Source of the DNA: Octopus vulgaris
Taxonomy: Eukaryota
DNA length: 64,000 bases
Reading direction: 5' to 3'
NCBI GenBank assembly: GCA_951406725.2
Contig: OX597815.1
Coordinates: 197,222,001-197,286,000, forward strand
A program made the position numbers and the translations under genes. The notes under the pieces were generated by a model. It ran no database searches. It was not told where the DNA came from and saw only the letters and a list, made by a program, of their open reading frames with translations. Positions 38,226-52,556 of this stretch are shown piece after piece (positions within the stretch are counted from its first letter, which is position 1; every line of letters begins with the position of its first letter).

Positions 38226-38339
38226 TGTGTGTGAGTGTGTGTGTGTATGTGTGTGAGTCTTTGTGCATATGTCTGTGTGTAAGTGTGTCTTTGTATGTAT
38301 GTATAAGTATAGCTATCTATGTATCTATCTTTATTTTAA

Positions 38340-41300
38340 TAAATAGTTATATTTGATATAAACAAACATTAGAAGCAGCTATTTTGATCCCTGATTTCTT
38401 TACCGTGGATGCCAAGGACATATTTTCCATTGGCTACAGTAAATCCATATTACTATTCAACAAATTAATGACATAACCAATATCGCCCTCTACAGGCCTC
38501 CCCAAACTCCTCTACAGTTCTTTGAAGAGTGCCTCAACAAAATCAAGTCCTACTCCAAAAGTACCACTCCTCGAACATATTGATGATGGGTGGTTGTTAC
38601 CTCCTTTATGTGAACTGGCTTACAAATACTCTGAAGCTAGGTAACGGCACTATATCAGACAAGCTGCAGCGGAATTGTTATTTAATTTAAAGTATGAAGT
38701 TTTACAAACACAACTTGTACTTGAAACAACAAGACAAAACAAAAGTATAATGGACCAAATATTAACAAACCACTCTAGCTCCATCCATGACATTTTAGTT
38801 GAAGAAATAATTCTCTTTAACCACGACATACTACTCCACAACCTTCGTTTCCTGCATGCCAAATCCAAAGCAGTCAGTCTCATTCCATTGCATCAATTTT
38901 TGCTAAGCAGACTGGAGAGTTATGAAAAACAAGATCTGTCACTTATCGACTGTTCCTACACTCACAGTTATTCTGACACTGAAGCAATATGGCAGCACTT
39001 TCAGAACATTGTCATTTACACATGCACAAAACACGATCCGACGAAATTCACAAGTACCAACAGAAATAAGTTTCTAAGAGAGAGAAAAAAATCTCTCATT
39101 AGGAGAATAAAAAGAATGAATAAAAAAAACAAAAATACTCCCAGTAACGGCGTTGAGCTTGGAGGACCATTAGCACTCTGGTAAAAGTGCTTAACGGTAT
39201 TTCGTCAGCCTCTACGTTCTGAGTTGAAATTCCGCTGAGGTCGACTTTGCCATTCATCCTTTCGGGTCGATTAAATAAGTACCAGTTACGCACTGGGGTC
39301 GATATAATCCGTTTGTCTGTCCTTGTTTGTGCTCTCTGTGTTTAGCACCTTGTGGGTAGTAATGAAATAGGTATTTCGTCCGTCTTTACGTTCAAGTTCA
39401 TATTTCGCCTGTGTCAAATTTGCCTTCACAGGCGGTGGTCCAGCATGGCTTCAGAATCTTCTTGAAACCTGTAAAAGTTAAACAGCATCCATATTCAGTA
39501 GCAATAGCAAGGTTTGAATTGGAAAAAAACGTAAACTGCAGAACAACATAAAGGCCGACATCAACAATTAAAGAACTGCAGAGGAAAACTGCGTAATGAA
39601 AAATATCAAATTGAACATGAAAGTGTTCTATTCATTTGCCAACAAGCATAGGACCAATGTCTCAACTGTTGTTCCACTGATAGATTATAACTGCATTATC
39701 CACCACGACAGTAAAGAAATAACATAAGGACTGCAGAAACAACTCCGCTCTGTCTTAATTGAGCACTGATATACGCAAGGGAACTGAACTAACTCAATCA
39801 CCAGCATATTATCTCTGGCATAACTTTTATTGTCTCAGAAATCGTAGTAACTATAAATGAAATAAAGTATTACTCTGCAGTAGGCCCTCATAGCTTTCCG
39901 TCTTGTGTTCTATAGGAAAACAGATACCACTTTGCAACCCCTGGAGACGTTCTTTAGATTCAGGCTATATACCAAGTCACTTCTTATTCCAATCTGTCCT
40001 CCCGGTTTTCAAAAGGAAAACAAATTTCTTGCAGCTACATATCAACCAATTTCACTTATCTCCCATATCATCAAGATGTTAGAAAGATGGCCATATTGAT
40101 GATAACTGGTTTCCATACATCGTGACTTTTGCTCAGCAGTGGCTGCGTAACACAGGTTTTACATTACATCGATGATGTCCTTAAAGCTTTGGGATATGAT
40201 TCGAAATCTGGTGTCATATATCTTAACTTCAGCAAAGTGTTCAACAGAGTCGACCACGATATCTTTCTATCAACATTACCAAATATTTGAATCTAAGTTA
40301 AATTTCTACACTTGTTTAAGTTTTTCCTGATGAACAAAACACATGTTGCGATCGGTAGAAGTCATTCAAATCCAGCACGTGTCACCTGTGGTGTACCCCA
40401 GGGAACTGTTTTGGGACCGCATCTCTTTATAATATCTATAAACAACATCTCAAGTGTCATCAACTACTTCAAAATAAAAATATTCCCAGATGATTAAAAG
40501 ATTCAGAAAACAATCAATGGAGAAGTCCGGACTGGACTCTAATCTGATCTATATGTAATAATAGGCAAACACAACGTTGTTAGATGATTAAAAATTTGAT
40601 CTCATGCACTTCGGAAAAAAGAATGCGCTCAAACAAACATATTCCAAGCCTTCAGAGGAAATACTTACAGTATTCAATGATATCAGTAACGTAAGAGAGA
40701 TTGCTCAAAACTATTTCGGATGGAGTGCTAATATCAAAGTCGATATTGCTTGCTGGACGAGGTCCCAGATCACCAGAACTTATCGGTCCAGAGAGCAAGA
40801 TCTCATCATTCCCTTCTCCTCTTCCTTCGTATTGAGTAACCTCAGATAGCATTCACTAAAATAATAAAGGCTTCATTGATCTTGATTATTGGGGTCATCT
40901 TAAAACATTGAATCTGTATTCACCCTTGTGTCGTCTTGAGTGCTACATCATTTGCAAAATGTAGGCAATATGCCATCAGCATTGGCTAATGGCCTCAACA
41001 TTAGATTCAGAATTTATTCAAGGCTGAAGTCACGTGTCACATGCCCCCAGAAAATTCAGGCTCATAGCGCTTACATTTATTGTAACACTTTCTTTTGCCC
41101 AAGAGGCCTTGTTGTATTTAATATTCACCCAAAACAAATCAGAGAAACGTAGACAAATTTTTTAAAGGGACAGCAGATAAGTTACCTGTAGCTGGTTACA
41201 TCTCAGTTAAAAACTCACTACATGAATGAGTCATACCACTAAAATGGTCTTTAAAATGACTTAACAGATCCTACCAGGTGGTACTATTATCTTAAACATG

Positions 41301-41360
41301 GGCTGGACCAACCTTTGGCCAAAATATTTCTAAGTTATCTAAGTTATCTAACTTAGCTGT
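38340..41360 (+). pseudogene. Decayed near-full ORF2 of a CR1-like LINE
   Basis: Endonuclease remnant ALYRPP. RT remnants YQPISLISHIIKMLER, GVPQGTVLGPHLFIISINNI and KIFPDD. Short tandem tail ctaagttat. Many stops; interrupted by a SINE. Confidence 0.8.
39149..39455 (+). mobile_element. SINE family B (with partial second unit) inside the CR1-like LINE
   Basis: Family B match, then the junction aaatag|gtatttcgtc, then an A-type tail fragment ggcggtggtccagcatgg. Confidence 0.8.
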
Positions 41361-41777
41361 AACTCTATTAATTCACGTACATATGGCTATCGTTTTGTCT
41401 GACTGGAAATATTCCCCCCTCGCCACCCAGTAATCAGCTCAAAGTTGGACATACTCAGCTTAACTTTTTCCCTACTCCTTAAGATCCCTGAAATCATTGC
41501 TATTATCATCCACATCTGATTCTCTGTTTACATAAAACTTACACTGAAGTAGTTGTTACAAAGCCATCTGCAAAACGTCTCCGAACAGACGGTTAACGTT
41601 CTAGGATAATTTCCTCTACTTACACTAGATTATTTTCCAATATAAATGACACTTTTCAATAATAAGTAACAATTTGCGCATTTTAAATGATTCTTCTCCA
41701 GGCTAACAGAAGTGAGTATATAGTATATAATGATAACGACTTAATATACATTGTATGTACAAAGACACACAGATACG

Positions 41778-41832
<55 letters not shown>

Positions 41833-42107
41833 ATCTATATATAAAATGCGTATACATACATATGTAAATATACGTATAGACATCTATATACATGTATATG
41901 TATATAGGTATTATACGCCTGTTCGTGTGAGTGTGTGTGTATGTGTGTGTATGCCTGTGTGTATAGGTGTTAGTGTGCGCACGCGCTCTGTCTTCTTTCG
42001 TGAGCCTGTTGTTTCCTGTTTTGTATGTAACTCAATTACTGGGAAAGTAATATTAATCTCGCACTTACAATGGGCTAATTTATGATAATCTATGCTCTAC
42101 CTTGTAA

Positions 42108-42489
42108 TACATACATACACACACATACATTCATACATACATACATATATACATTCATACATACATGCATACATATATTCATACATACATACATACATAC
42201 ATTCATACATACGTACATATATTCATACATACATACATACATTCATACATACATTCATACATACATACATTCATACATACATACATACATTCATACATAC
42301 ATACATACGTTCATACATACATTCATACATACATACATTCATTCATACATACATACATACATTCTTACATACATACATACGTTCATACATACATTCATAC
42401 ATACATACATTCATACATACATACATATATTCATACAAACATTCATACATACTTACATTCATTAATTCATACATACATTCATACATACA

Positions 42490-42490
<1 letters not shown>
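42108..42490. repeat. Compound (CATA)n/(CATT)n microsatellite
   Basis: Directly visible tetranucleotide array. Confidence 0.95.
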
Positions 42491-42522
<32 letters not shown>

Positions 42523-42976
42523 CTATTCACTTACTGCAAGATGTCGATCTACTGTTTAGAGGTTATAGCAGCTATTTAAGCATCACTATCAAGACAATTG
42601 ACACAATATATTTAAATGATTCGTATTGTTTATTTTATTTTTACCACATAGATTGATGAGATGTTTGTTTTCATTGTGGGTATATAAAAATATTGTAGAA
42701 TTATATTGGTTTTTCACGTGATTATCACTACTTTTCTGCACATAGATCTATTGGAGGGAACCGATTACTGTCACCGGCATATAATTGGTCAATGTCTGTA
42801 TTTGGTTTGTCAAGTTATTTGATAAATATATATACTCCGGCTATATTTCAGTTCTTAATTGAATTTTCACAGATGTAAATCTATATCTAACACACTTATC
42901 CATAAGAACTGGGAGGAGCATTCAATCTATCTATCTATATATATATATATATACATACTTACATAAACAAACTGAC

Positions 42977-43048
<72 letters not shown>

Positions 43049-43069
43049 ACGCATCCATCATATAACTAT

Positions 43070-43447
43070 GTTAAAAATGTTGTGGCTAATTGATAAGAAA
43101 TTAGATTCTGAGCCACATAGTTTCCGGTTCAGTTCTACTGCGTAGCACCTTGAGCAGGTACCATCTACTGTTAGTCGTTAGAGTGTAGATTTGGTAGGCG
43201 GCAATTGACGAAGCCTGCCCTGTAAGTGTGTGTACGTAAATATATATATATATATAGGGAGAGTTTACGAAAAAAACAAAAAACGAAGACAGGTGGTGTA
43301 CAAAGCAAACAGATGTATTAGTATAACGCTCAGGAATAGAAAAAGTATTTTACGTTTCGAGCCTACGCTCTTCTAAAGAAAGGGACACAGAAAAAAACAA
43401 GGAGAGAAAAAATGAGTGCAGTGGCCAACGATCTATCATGGCGACTG

Positions 43448-43526
<79 letters not shown>

Positions 43527-43692
43527 TTGTGTTTGTGTTTGTCCCCCACCACCTTAGCGGTACGGGATAGAGAGTGCGGTAGAATAAATAATAGGTTTAA
43601 ATAAATATGCTGGGCTCATTTTCTGTAACTAAACTCTTGAAGGCAATGTTGTAACATAGCCGCCGTCTAATGACTGAAACATGTAAAAATGA
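43070..43692 (+). mobile_element. Diverged SINE family A containing a nested insertion
   Basis: Degenerate A head at 43070-43220 and tail at 43520-43692. Confidence 0.7.
43255..43447 (-). mobile_element. Penelope-like remnant (same family as 700-910) in the SINE (TA)n tract
   Basis: Minus strand cctttctttagaagagcgtaggctcgaaacgtaaaat (43346-43383) and downstream sequence match 770-905. Confidence 0.65.
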
Positions 43693-46435
43693 TAATATAT
43701 ACATACAAACATATATATATGTGTGTGTGTGTATGTGTGTGGTGTGTGTGTGTGTGTATGTATGCGTGCGTGCGTGTGTATGTGTCTGTCGGTGTTCCAT
43801 TTCTAGCGTGATGGAAAACCACTTAGTGGCTTTCCCTCGGTGTATATCTCTTATACACGCATATAATGTAATAATTTTTATTTATGTACATATTATTAAT
43901 GTATGCTCGTATATAAACGTGTGTGCATATATGTGTATATATTATAAGTAAATTACTTCCCTATATGTTGCACTCATGGTTATTCGTAGCTATAAAGTCC
44001 CCTGCAACTGATTAATCAAAGCTTACTTATCTGTATTCATATAAATAATGTTTGTAATTAGTATATTGTATCACCCTGTCAGACTACAGTGATCTGACAG
44101 GAATTTTAGCGGCATTCCTTTTGTCGTTAGTTTCTGAGTTCAGAGTCCGCCGAGGTCGACTTTGCCTCCCAGATTTTTAGGGTTGGGAAAATGAGTAGCG
44201 ATTGAGCTCTGTTGATCAATATAAGCGACTTATCATCTCCCACTAAATTGCTGGCCTTGTGCAAAAATTGAAATCAATGTATTTCCATATTCATGTTTTA
44301 GTGCATCTCAATTGTTCTGTTAGTATTTGTCGTATACAAAGGAAAATTTTAAATAATTTTATTCATGTTTGTGGTCAATTTTCTGGCATTGGCCGATCAA
44401 TCTTCTACTGGATTCTGTACGCATATTATGAAAATATTCATATGCATGTTGCTTTCAAACATTTAGACAGCAGACTTGGAAATAATAGATTCCACTCCTA
44501 CTAGTATGGTTAATTGGCGTATTTAATCAATACATTTCTATGGAAATAACAACTATAGACGCCCACATGCATAGCACATGTTTTTATCAATTTAATAAAG
44601 AAAGCGGAAGACTGATTTAGAACGACACATATCCATGTATAAGCATCCTATATTTTGGAATATATGTCAACTTGTGCGTAATAAATTTCCAGCCAGTCTG
44701 TCTCTCCTATAATAGGGACTCTGTTATATCTGAATGCGTGCCATCGAATGCAGAGCCTTAACTGTGCGTTTAGTGTTTTTCAACCACATTCCCAACACAT
44801 CCATTCACAACACTCCTTGTTCCAGATGTACATTCTCGTCGGGACTGATTTTTCCACCAACTGAATATCATGGACAGTTTAAAGTCGGCGATGCTAGATT
44901 TTCAAGCTATTAAAGAGGTATTCGCTTTATATTCACGTTTCCATTAACTATGATTAATGAGCGTGTAACTCGTCAGAGAAGACACAACTTCAGAACACAA
45001 CTATGGTTGGTGAACAAATCCCTAACCGAAGTTACCCATGGGCGTATATTAAAGATGCACATTTGGCTGAAATAAAAGCATAAGATCACGTAATTGAAGC
45101 GGAGAGGTTAGAATATGGGAGTAGTTAAAAATTCGAAGGTGTATGTTTAGGGATCTCTTGCCAATAGCGGTGTTCCATCTGTTGTAAATATATATTTGTA
45201 AATATATATCTTGCAATTACACATATATTTTCCGTGTTCCGTGTGCTTATCGATGTATCGATATATTTCTATGGATTTTATTATTTCAGAAAGTATGAGA
45301 CATAGTTCTAATCCCAACTATACTTTCTCGTGTCTTGTCGCTACTGTATAAATGTTCACCATCCGTAAAACATTACAATTTTTCGAGGAATCTTAATTTT
45401 AGAGAAAGTGATAAATGACACTTTTAGCATTTTATATGCAAGTTTCTCAGAGCCTGTGCGTAAGCTTCAGCATACAACATTACCATCAATAAAAGAAACT
45501 TCGCAAAAATGAAGCAATATTGTGTAACATTGCAATAAATCTTTCAATGATTTCTGAATTACGGTAATGTATCAAATTTAAAAACAAATAATTTGAAATA
45601 CGGAAACAATAATATTTGAAAATAATTTTTGACGAGCTATTTAATATAGTTTTATATTTACGATGCACCATCTTATATAGAGTAAAATACTATGTATTTC
45701 ACATAGGCTACACTCGCAGAGGGAATCTACGACAACAAATGGAGTAGGAGTGAGTGTTAATTATAAATAGTAAATGCAGATGAGCTGTCGAGAGAGGGTT
45801 TTCTGTGAGGTCTCTAGAATTTTCGTCAAAATAATTGCAATTTCTTTTAATGTAAGATATATACTTTAATTTTACACAGGCACATAGGCATTTATACCTA
45901 TGTTTCAAACAGAAAATAGAAACTACACGTGGGTAAGATATGGGGAAAGTAGAAAAGAAAAAGCGAAAATGCACATTGACTATCAAGAAAAATAAAGGCT
46001 ATTTTATGAAAAGTAGCGATAAATAAATACAATTAGGTGAACTGAGGAAGAATTAAGAGGAATTAAATTTCTTATTTTGAATTCTTAAAGAGATTCAAAG
46101 TCAAACTGGTATCATCTTTACTGTTCACTGGCTTTGATTATCACACGGTGTCAGGTCTACTAGTCCCTGAGTAAAACGATTGTGTAGGGGAGGTAAATAG
46201 TTCTGAACGTGGTACAATTAGGGTCGATATAATACTGTAATATTAATGGTATAAGGAATGTATGGGTGTTAGTGGCATTATTTGTAAGGTTAGTAGTGTA
46301 CTGTATTATGTTGTGGATGATATTTAATGATGAAAGTTGCTTCTTTATTCAATCATTGCCGTCCTGATGTGTTCTGTGAACATTGATAGAAGGGGAAAAT
46401 TAGGAAATTAGGATTAATGTTCCTAGCACACCTAT

Positions 46436-47012
46436 CTATGTATTCACTGACCTGTATCTGTCTGTATTGTAGTTGGCGGAATGGTTCTTTGTGAAGAGAG
46501 GTTCTCCGACGGAGTGATATTCCTGTTTGGCCAATATATTGATAACCGCACCGTATATATATATTTCCAAATCTGAATTAGAAGCACCGCGAGTTTTGTA
46601 GATTTTATCGAACAAACATACAAAATGTATGTGCACTGGTTGTTTTCCGGTCGGCTGCAGTTTGACATGGAGGTGATGACTCTCGAAGCGGCAAGTGTTA
46701 AACACCTGAAAGTCATAGTCATAAACATCTCGCCCGAAGTCGAATTCATGAGTGATGAACCTCAGTTTTTCACCATTGTTGTGGCCTATCAACATCATGT
46801 ACGTGAACCGAACCGGAGGCAAATTGAACATCCTGTCCATGACTATATGCAACATGGTGTGAAAAACAACTATTCAATTTGAAATGAGTACGGCGGCAAA
46901 CTGATATAACGTTATAGTAGGAAGAAATGCAATGCCTAAACAAGAAATCCCATTTGCTTCATATCAATTCTAACTGAAATTATAGAATAAGCATAAAATC
47001 ATCGATCGATAG
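46436..47012. other. Unique non-repeat island: candidate + strand exon (46473-47012) or minus-strand 139-aa ORF (46436-46855)
   Basis: Acceptor-like cactgac...tgtattgtag| and donor-like ag|gtcagt. Complex sequence with an open minus frame. No recognisable domain. Confidence 0.25.
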
Positions 47013-47769
47013 GTCAGTGTTGAGCAAACAGCTTGCTCTCTGTAGATTGTCACAGCTGATCATTTCTGTTTGTTTCATTCTTCGCATAGAGGAAGTTGCC
47101 ATAATAGTCCTTCATACTTAAAACTTTATTTCTATTACTGTATATGAAGAAAATAAGCACAAAATCAAGTTTGCTTTGTCTTGTTCTATGGTACAGAAAT
47201 CATCTTTCTATTTGTGGGTAATGAAAGAGCATGGCTTACATTTTTTCTCAAGATTAAATCCATCATCGTATTTGTATTGAATCCTAACACGTTTTTTCCT
47301 ATAGAATTTTTTTTTTCTATCAAAGACTTCAAATTAGCAAGGATTTCAAAGTCTACCTTTGATTCGATAAAATGAATGCCAGTACTGATATTGAGTCGAT
47401 CTTGAATGCAACGTAGGTATATTTCTCAAGTCTATATAAATAACTCATTATAAAGTCTATTAACTGAAGATCAAAAAACATATCTTAAACACCCCTTGAT
47501 TCAGAGCAAGATAATTCTATTTCTCATATAGATATTTCTGAGAGACACCTACCGTCTGTAAATATTATATAATACACCGATTTTTTAAACGCAGTTTGAT
47601 ATAAACAGTTGAAAGCAAACCGCTTTTCAATTCATTAGCCAGATATCCGTGAATCTTTGCTTTCCAAAATCGAAATCGCTTTCCCGTATATTCCAATTTA
47701 CACTACTCGACATAAGCATATATACAAAAAAAAAATGAATGCAACATCTTCAGTATCCAAGCAATATGC

Positions 47770-48168
47770 AGAGCTGGAAGAAAGGTTAGTACGCCGGGCG
47801 AAATGCTTAGCCGTATTTCGTCTTCCTTTACGTTCTGAGTTCAAATTCCGCCATGGTCAACTTTGCCTTTCAGCCTTTCGGGGTCGATAAATTAAGTACC
47901 AGTTACGTACTGGGGTTGATGCAATCGACTTAATCCGTTTGTCTGTTCTTGTTTGTCCCCGCTGTGTTTAGCCCCTTGTGGGTAGTAAAGAAATCGGTAT
48001 TTCGTGTGTCTTTACGTTCTGAGTTCAAATTCTGCCGACTTTGACTTTGACTTTCATCCTTTCGGGGTCGATAAGTTAAGTACCAGCTGCGTACTGGTGA
48101 AAATCTAATCAACTCCCCCCCCCACCCACAAAAAAAATTGGGGCCTTGTGCTTAGAGTAGAAAAGAAT
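47770..48168 (+). mobile_element. SINE family B dimer (two different tails)
   Basis: The first unit ends gggtagtaaagaaatc; the second begins ggtatttcgt and ends agtagaaaagaat. Confidence 0.85.
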
Positions 48169-48759
48169 ATGAAAAACTCTATCAAATCCTCCAAATAACA
48201 ATTTCCGCTAGATATATTGAGCATTGCCACAACCGCTGTTTTCATAAGTTGCTTTCAAACGTAACAAATAGCTAATCCAATTTCGAAGGATAGTGGTAAC
48301 ATTGAAAATTCTTCAATAAGAAGATAACTCACAGTTAATACTCTTCTGTCGATAAATTCTCTATCTTGAGAAGCCATATGCTTTATTTGTTTTATGACAA
48401 TTATTTAAAATAGGTTTGATTACATTATTCTGTACAGGATGCATTAACTGCTAATATATATATTTTAATTATTGGGATATTAAAGTGACTTGGCAGTATC
48501 GTTAGCACACCGAACGAAATGCATAGCGTTCCTTCCGTCATCACCTTGGTTCAATTCCCGCAGAGGTTTATTATGCCTTTCATCCTACCGCATCCATAAA
48601 ATAAGTACCAGTTGACTACTGGGGTCGATGCAATCGACTAGAGCCTTCTCCCAATATTTCAGGCTTTATGCCTAATGTAGAAAGGGTTATTATTATTAAG
48701 GGTATAGTATGACTCTATTTTTACATTTTTCTCTAAACTATTCGCTGTGAAAGGGGAAT

Positions 48760-50280
48760 GTAGCATCAATTATAGAGCTCATGAAATTCACCTTGTTCAT
48801 CAACACTAAGTCCGCTTGTACTCAAGCTCCTGCTCTGTTCGGAAGGGAAACCCAACAGAATTTTCTAGATCTACTGTATGGTTTGTACTCATAACGTGTC
48901 TTACCTCTCTCGTGCCCAAACTTTTCACACAATTTCTAATGCAGTAATTCTTTCCAATGAAGCACTTCCGCTATCTCACCTTATCGCCACAACTCTTTTG
49001 GTTTTGAGCAAGACGAGAGCATTCGTTTGCAATATGGAGAATGTTTTCATTAAATATTAGATTCAACACAATAGAGACGGTTGTACATTTCTAACGATGA
49101 CCCTTCAAGTTGTGGCCAAAGATTAGCCTTCAGCCACAAGTATATATCTCTCAGTTTCCTTTTCAATATCCTTTCTTTAACCAGTCGCACCCATAATCTC
49201 CATCAAATTTGGTTGAGGCTACATGGAATTAATTGTGTAGTTTCTTATTGAGCGCCTCTTCATATATTTCTTGTAGGTTTTGTTTCGTTCTTTTCTTTTT
49301 TCATGCTTTCAATATTCACTCGTCTCTAACTACCATCAAGGTGTCCTGAAATTGGGTTAGATATTTCAGTAATTTCAATATGCACATAGTCTTACACATT
49401 ATTCAGTTCGCTTTCTCCATGTTCTCTTCAAGTATAGGTGATCAATGTCTGCGCATGGATGATGGGCATAATGCATGGTTAGAAGCTTCCTTGTCTCCCT
49501 ATCCAACTTTTTAAGCTCATCCTCTGTCTACTGCAGAATTCCAGCTCTATACCGAACCACTGCAACTACGCACCGAAAATATTTCTGACATTCATCTTTG
49601 AATCCAAAATCTTTCGCAATCGCCTGCGATACTGTTCCTTTCGCTCAATTTCATCTGCTTCAGGTAATCCCACACTATTTATATCCGAATTCAGATTCAA
49701 TTTCCTTCGTCATTTCACCACTTTCTATCGATATCCAGTCTCCTCTGATAAACTTCCTTCGTTCAATCACCATCAGAGCACAGCTTTAAATTTCAAATTC
49801 CTATCTTGATATCATTCGAGAAAATCTGCACAGAATGGGCTAGACTGTTCCATTCTGCTTTACTGTATGTGAAAAACTTCAAATCATCCAAAAGCATCAG
49901 GTAATTCAGCTTCCCTTTACCACTTCTAAGATCATACTTTAAATTTTGTCTTCCGGTGTATTTCATACAAGTGTACCATTCACAGAACAAAGGTCAATGC
50001 GTATACACTATTCCTCTGGATATTAGCTTTCATAATTTTCGCTTCACCTGATTCCGTACTTTCAATTCCGTCCTTCAATACTTCATACTGTTCCGTGTAA
50101 GGCCCCTCGTGTTTTCTGCTACAATATACAGTTTCATAGTTCTCAGTACTGAAGGGCGTGGTATCATATCATATGCCTTACGATAATCCATCCATGCCAC
50201 GCTCAAAACTTTACCTTCTTTTGCAGTTACTGATGATTAGTTCTTTTTCTAGTTTCCTTGGTTTTAGAAAAGACTGGAAG
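48760..50280 (-). pseudogene. Decayed R4/Dong-like LINE RT region
   Basis: Minus-strand remnants LNYLMLLDDLKFF (RT YMDD-type motif) and AVVRY.AGIL...ELKKLDRETRKLLTMHYAHHPCADID.LYLKR. Confidence 0.8.
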
Positions 50281-50297
50281 TTCGAAAGTACAAAAGA

Positions 50298-50315
50298 TTA
50301 TTATTATTATTATTA

Positions 50316-50367
<52 letters not shown>

Positions 50368-50895
50368 GAGTGAGAGAGTAGTGCATGCCATCAAAGTGAT
50401 ACTGGGGTAAAATATAGAAAGCCCAGTATACCCATCAAGACTACCCGGCTGATAAGGGTACACTAGGAACATGCATCACACCGAAATGTGCGCAAAATGG
50501 TGACCTCATATCAAGATAAACAGCGCATGACCCTGCAAGTGGGGCCCAGTTAGAATTTTCTTCTGGTCGACTAGCCCGTCCCGCTCAAAAGGTCCCTGAA
50601 TAAGGATTTTTTAAGGATGTTGAACGAACCACAGGTGAATTATCCAAACCTCCAAGAATTCCTATGATGTTCCCCCACTACGTCTGCTTGTGATAAGAGA
50701 TGCACATATCGTCAGCCACAAAGAGACATGGTTAAATGGTTATGGTCAAACTACTGACAAGCAAATATGTGGTATTGAGCTGAATATTTGATGTAGCCCA
50801 TCTTTTATACCAAGACAAAACAATATACATGATAACACTTCCAATCAGTTAAGATCAGCAGCCATGAGAGCCACTGCCTGGTACTGCATCAGGGC
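50298..50895 (-). mobile_element. Non-coding retroposon-like body with (AAT)n tail, preceded by a 5S-derived segment
   Basis: ~530 bp of complex sequence ending in (AAT)n on the minus strand, directly downstream of the 5S-like segment. Family identity not verified. Confidence 0.55.
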
Positions 50896-50910
50896 GTGGA
50901 AATGTGTGAC

Positions 50911-51023
50911 GCTTACAGCACCTAGGTTTCTCAAGTGGTCGCCCACCTAAGTACGAACTAGTCTCGACGTTGCTTAACTTCGGTTACGGGGCGAGAACCG
51001 GTGCTTTCAACTTGATAAGGCCG
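50911..51023 (-). rRNA. 5S rRNA-derived sequence (pseudogene or SINE3-type head)
   Basis: Minus strand cggccttatcaagttgaaagcaccggttctcgcccc gtaaccgaagttaagcaacgtcgagactagttcgtacttaggtgggcgaccacttgagaaacctaggtgctgtaagc aligns by eye with metazoan 5S rRNA (box A gaagttaagc, gtactt(a)g(g)tggg box C region). It is diverged, lacks the first ~5 nt and has no oligo-T terminator. Confidence 0.85.
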
Positions 51024-51230
51024 AAAATTATTATTACTATTATCATTATTATTATTATTTAAGGTGGCGAGCTCGTAGAATTGTTAGCACGTTGGACAAG
51101 GTCGACTTTGCCTTTCCCCCTTTCAGGTTCGATAAATTAAGTACCAGTGAAACACTGTGGGGGCGATGTATTCGATTTATCCCCTTCCCCCAAAATGGCT
51201 GCCCTTGTGGCAAAATTTGAAACCATTATT

Positions 51231-51329
<99 letters not shown>

Positions 51330-51961
51330 ATTGTTGTTATTGTTATTATTTCGTCCGTCATTATGTTCACCGAGTTTGGCTTTACCTTCTATCAACTAGA
51401 GTTGATATTATAGACTTATGTCTTGGCCTTGTAACTGTTGCATTCTGGGATTGATGTAATCGAATAAACGCCTCCCTCAAATTTTAGGTTTTGTGCCTAC
51501 GGTAGAAATGATTATTAAGCAATTAAAATTGTTCTCTGATTTTTTTTCAATGTAATATAGTAATAGAGAATTGGGTATAGATCTTAGAAGATTTAAACTT
51601 CATTTTCAAATTAAAAATACCTCGTAGATATAACTTCAATCATAAAAGAAAAGGTTGCTTTGAAGACAGGTACAGCAATCAATAATTTTCATAAAATGCC
51701 ACAAACAGATAATTTCCTATTTCTTGTCAATGTTGATTAGGAATTAGAGATGTGGTAATAAAAAGACAAAACATATTTGGAATCAGCGCTTCAAATTTAG
51801 CCTGAATCAAATTCGGTTTTGAAATTGAAGTGCAAAATCATTGGAGTCCAGCGAAATAAGTGCACATACATTTGTTCACGCGTGCATGTGCGCTTGCGTG
51901 TGCGCGTGAGTGTGTGTACGTATGACCTATATGTTCGTCTACAGATCTGTATTGAATCTCT

Positions 51962-52032
51962 TACATTTTTGATACTGAAATAATACACGCAAATATATAT
52001 GTGTGTACGTGTGAGTGTATGTGTTTCGGTAT

Positions 52033-52111
<79 letters not shown>

Positions 52112-52326
52112 CATATGTATATGTGCACATTATATATATATATATATATACTCATATATATATTATATATGTATGTGTGTATAAATATATCAATCTATCT
52201 ATCTGTATATCTATATGCATACACGCATATGTATATATGTAGCGATATACATTTTTGATACTGAAATAATACACGCAAATATATATGTGTGTACGTGTGA
52301 GTGTATGTGTTTCGGTATATACATAC

Positions 52327-52361
<35 letters not shown>

Positions 52362-52503
52362 AATACATATGTATATGTGCACATATATATATATATATAT
52401 ACTCATATATATATTATATATGTATGTGTGTGTGTATAAATATATTAATCTATCTATCTGTATATCTATATGCATACACACATATATATATATGTAGCGA
52501 TAT

Positions 52504-52506
<3 letters not shown>
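51962..52506. repeat. Tandem duplication, ~286-bp period, microsatellite-rich
   Basis: tacatttttgatactgaaataatacacgc starts at 51962 and 52248; both units end gtagcgatatac. Confidence 0.9.
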
Positions 52507-52556
<50 letters not shown>

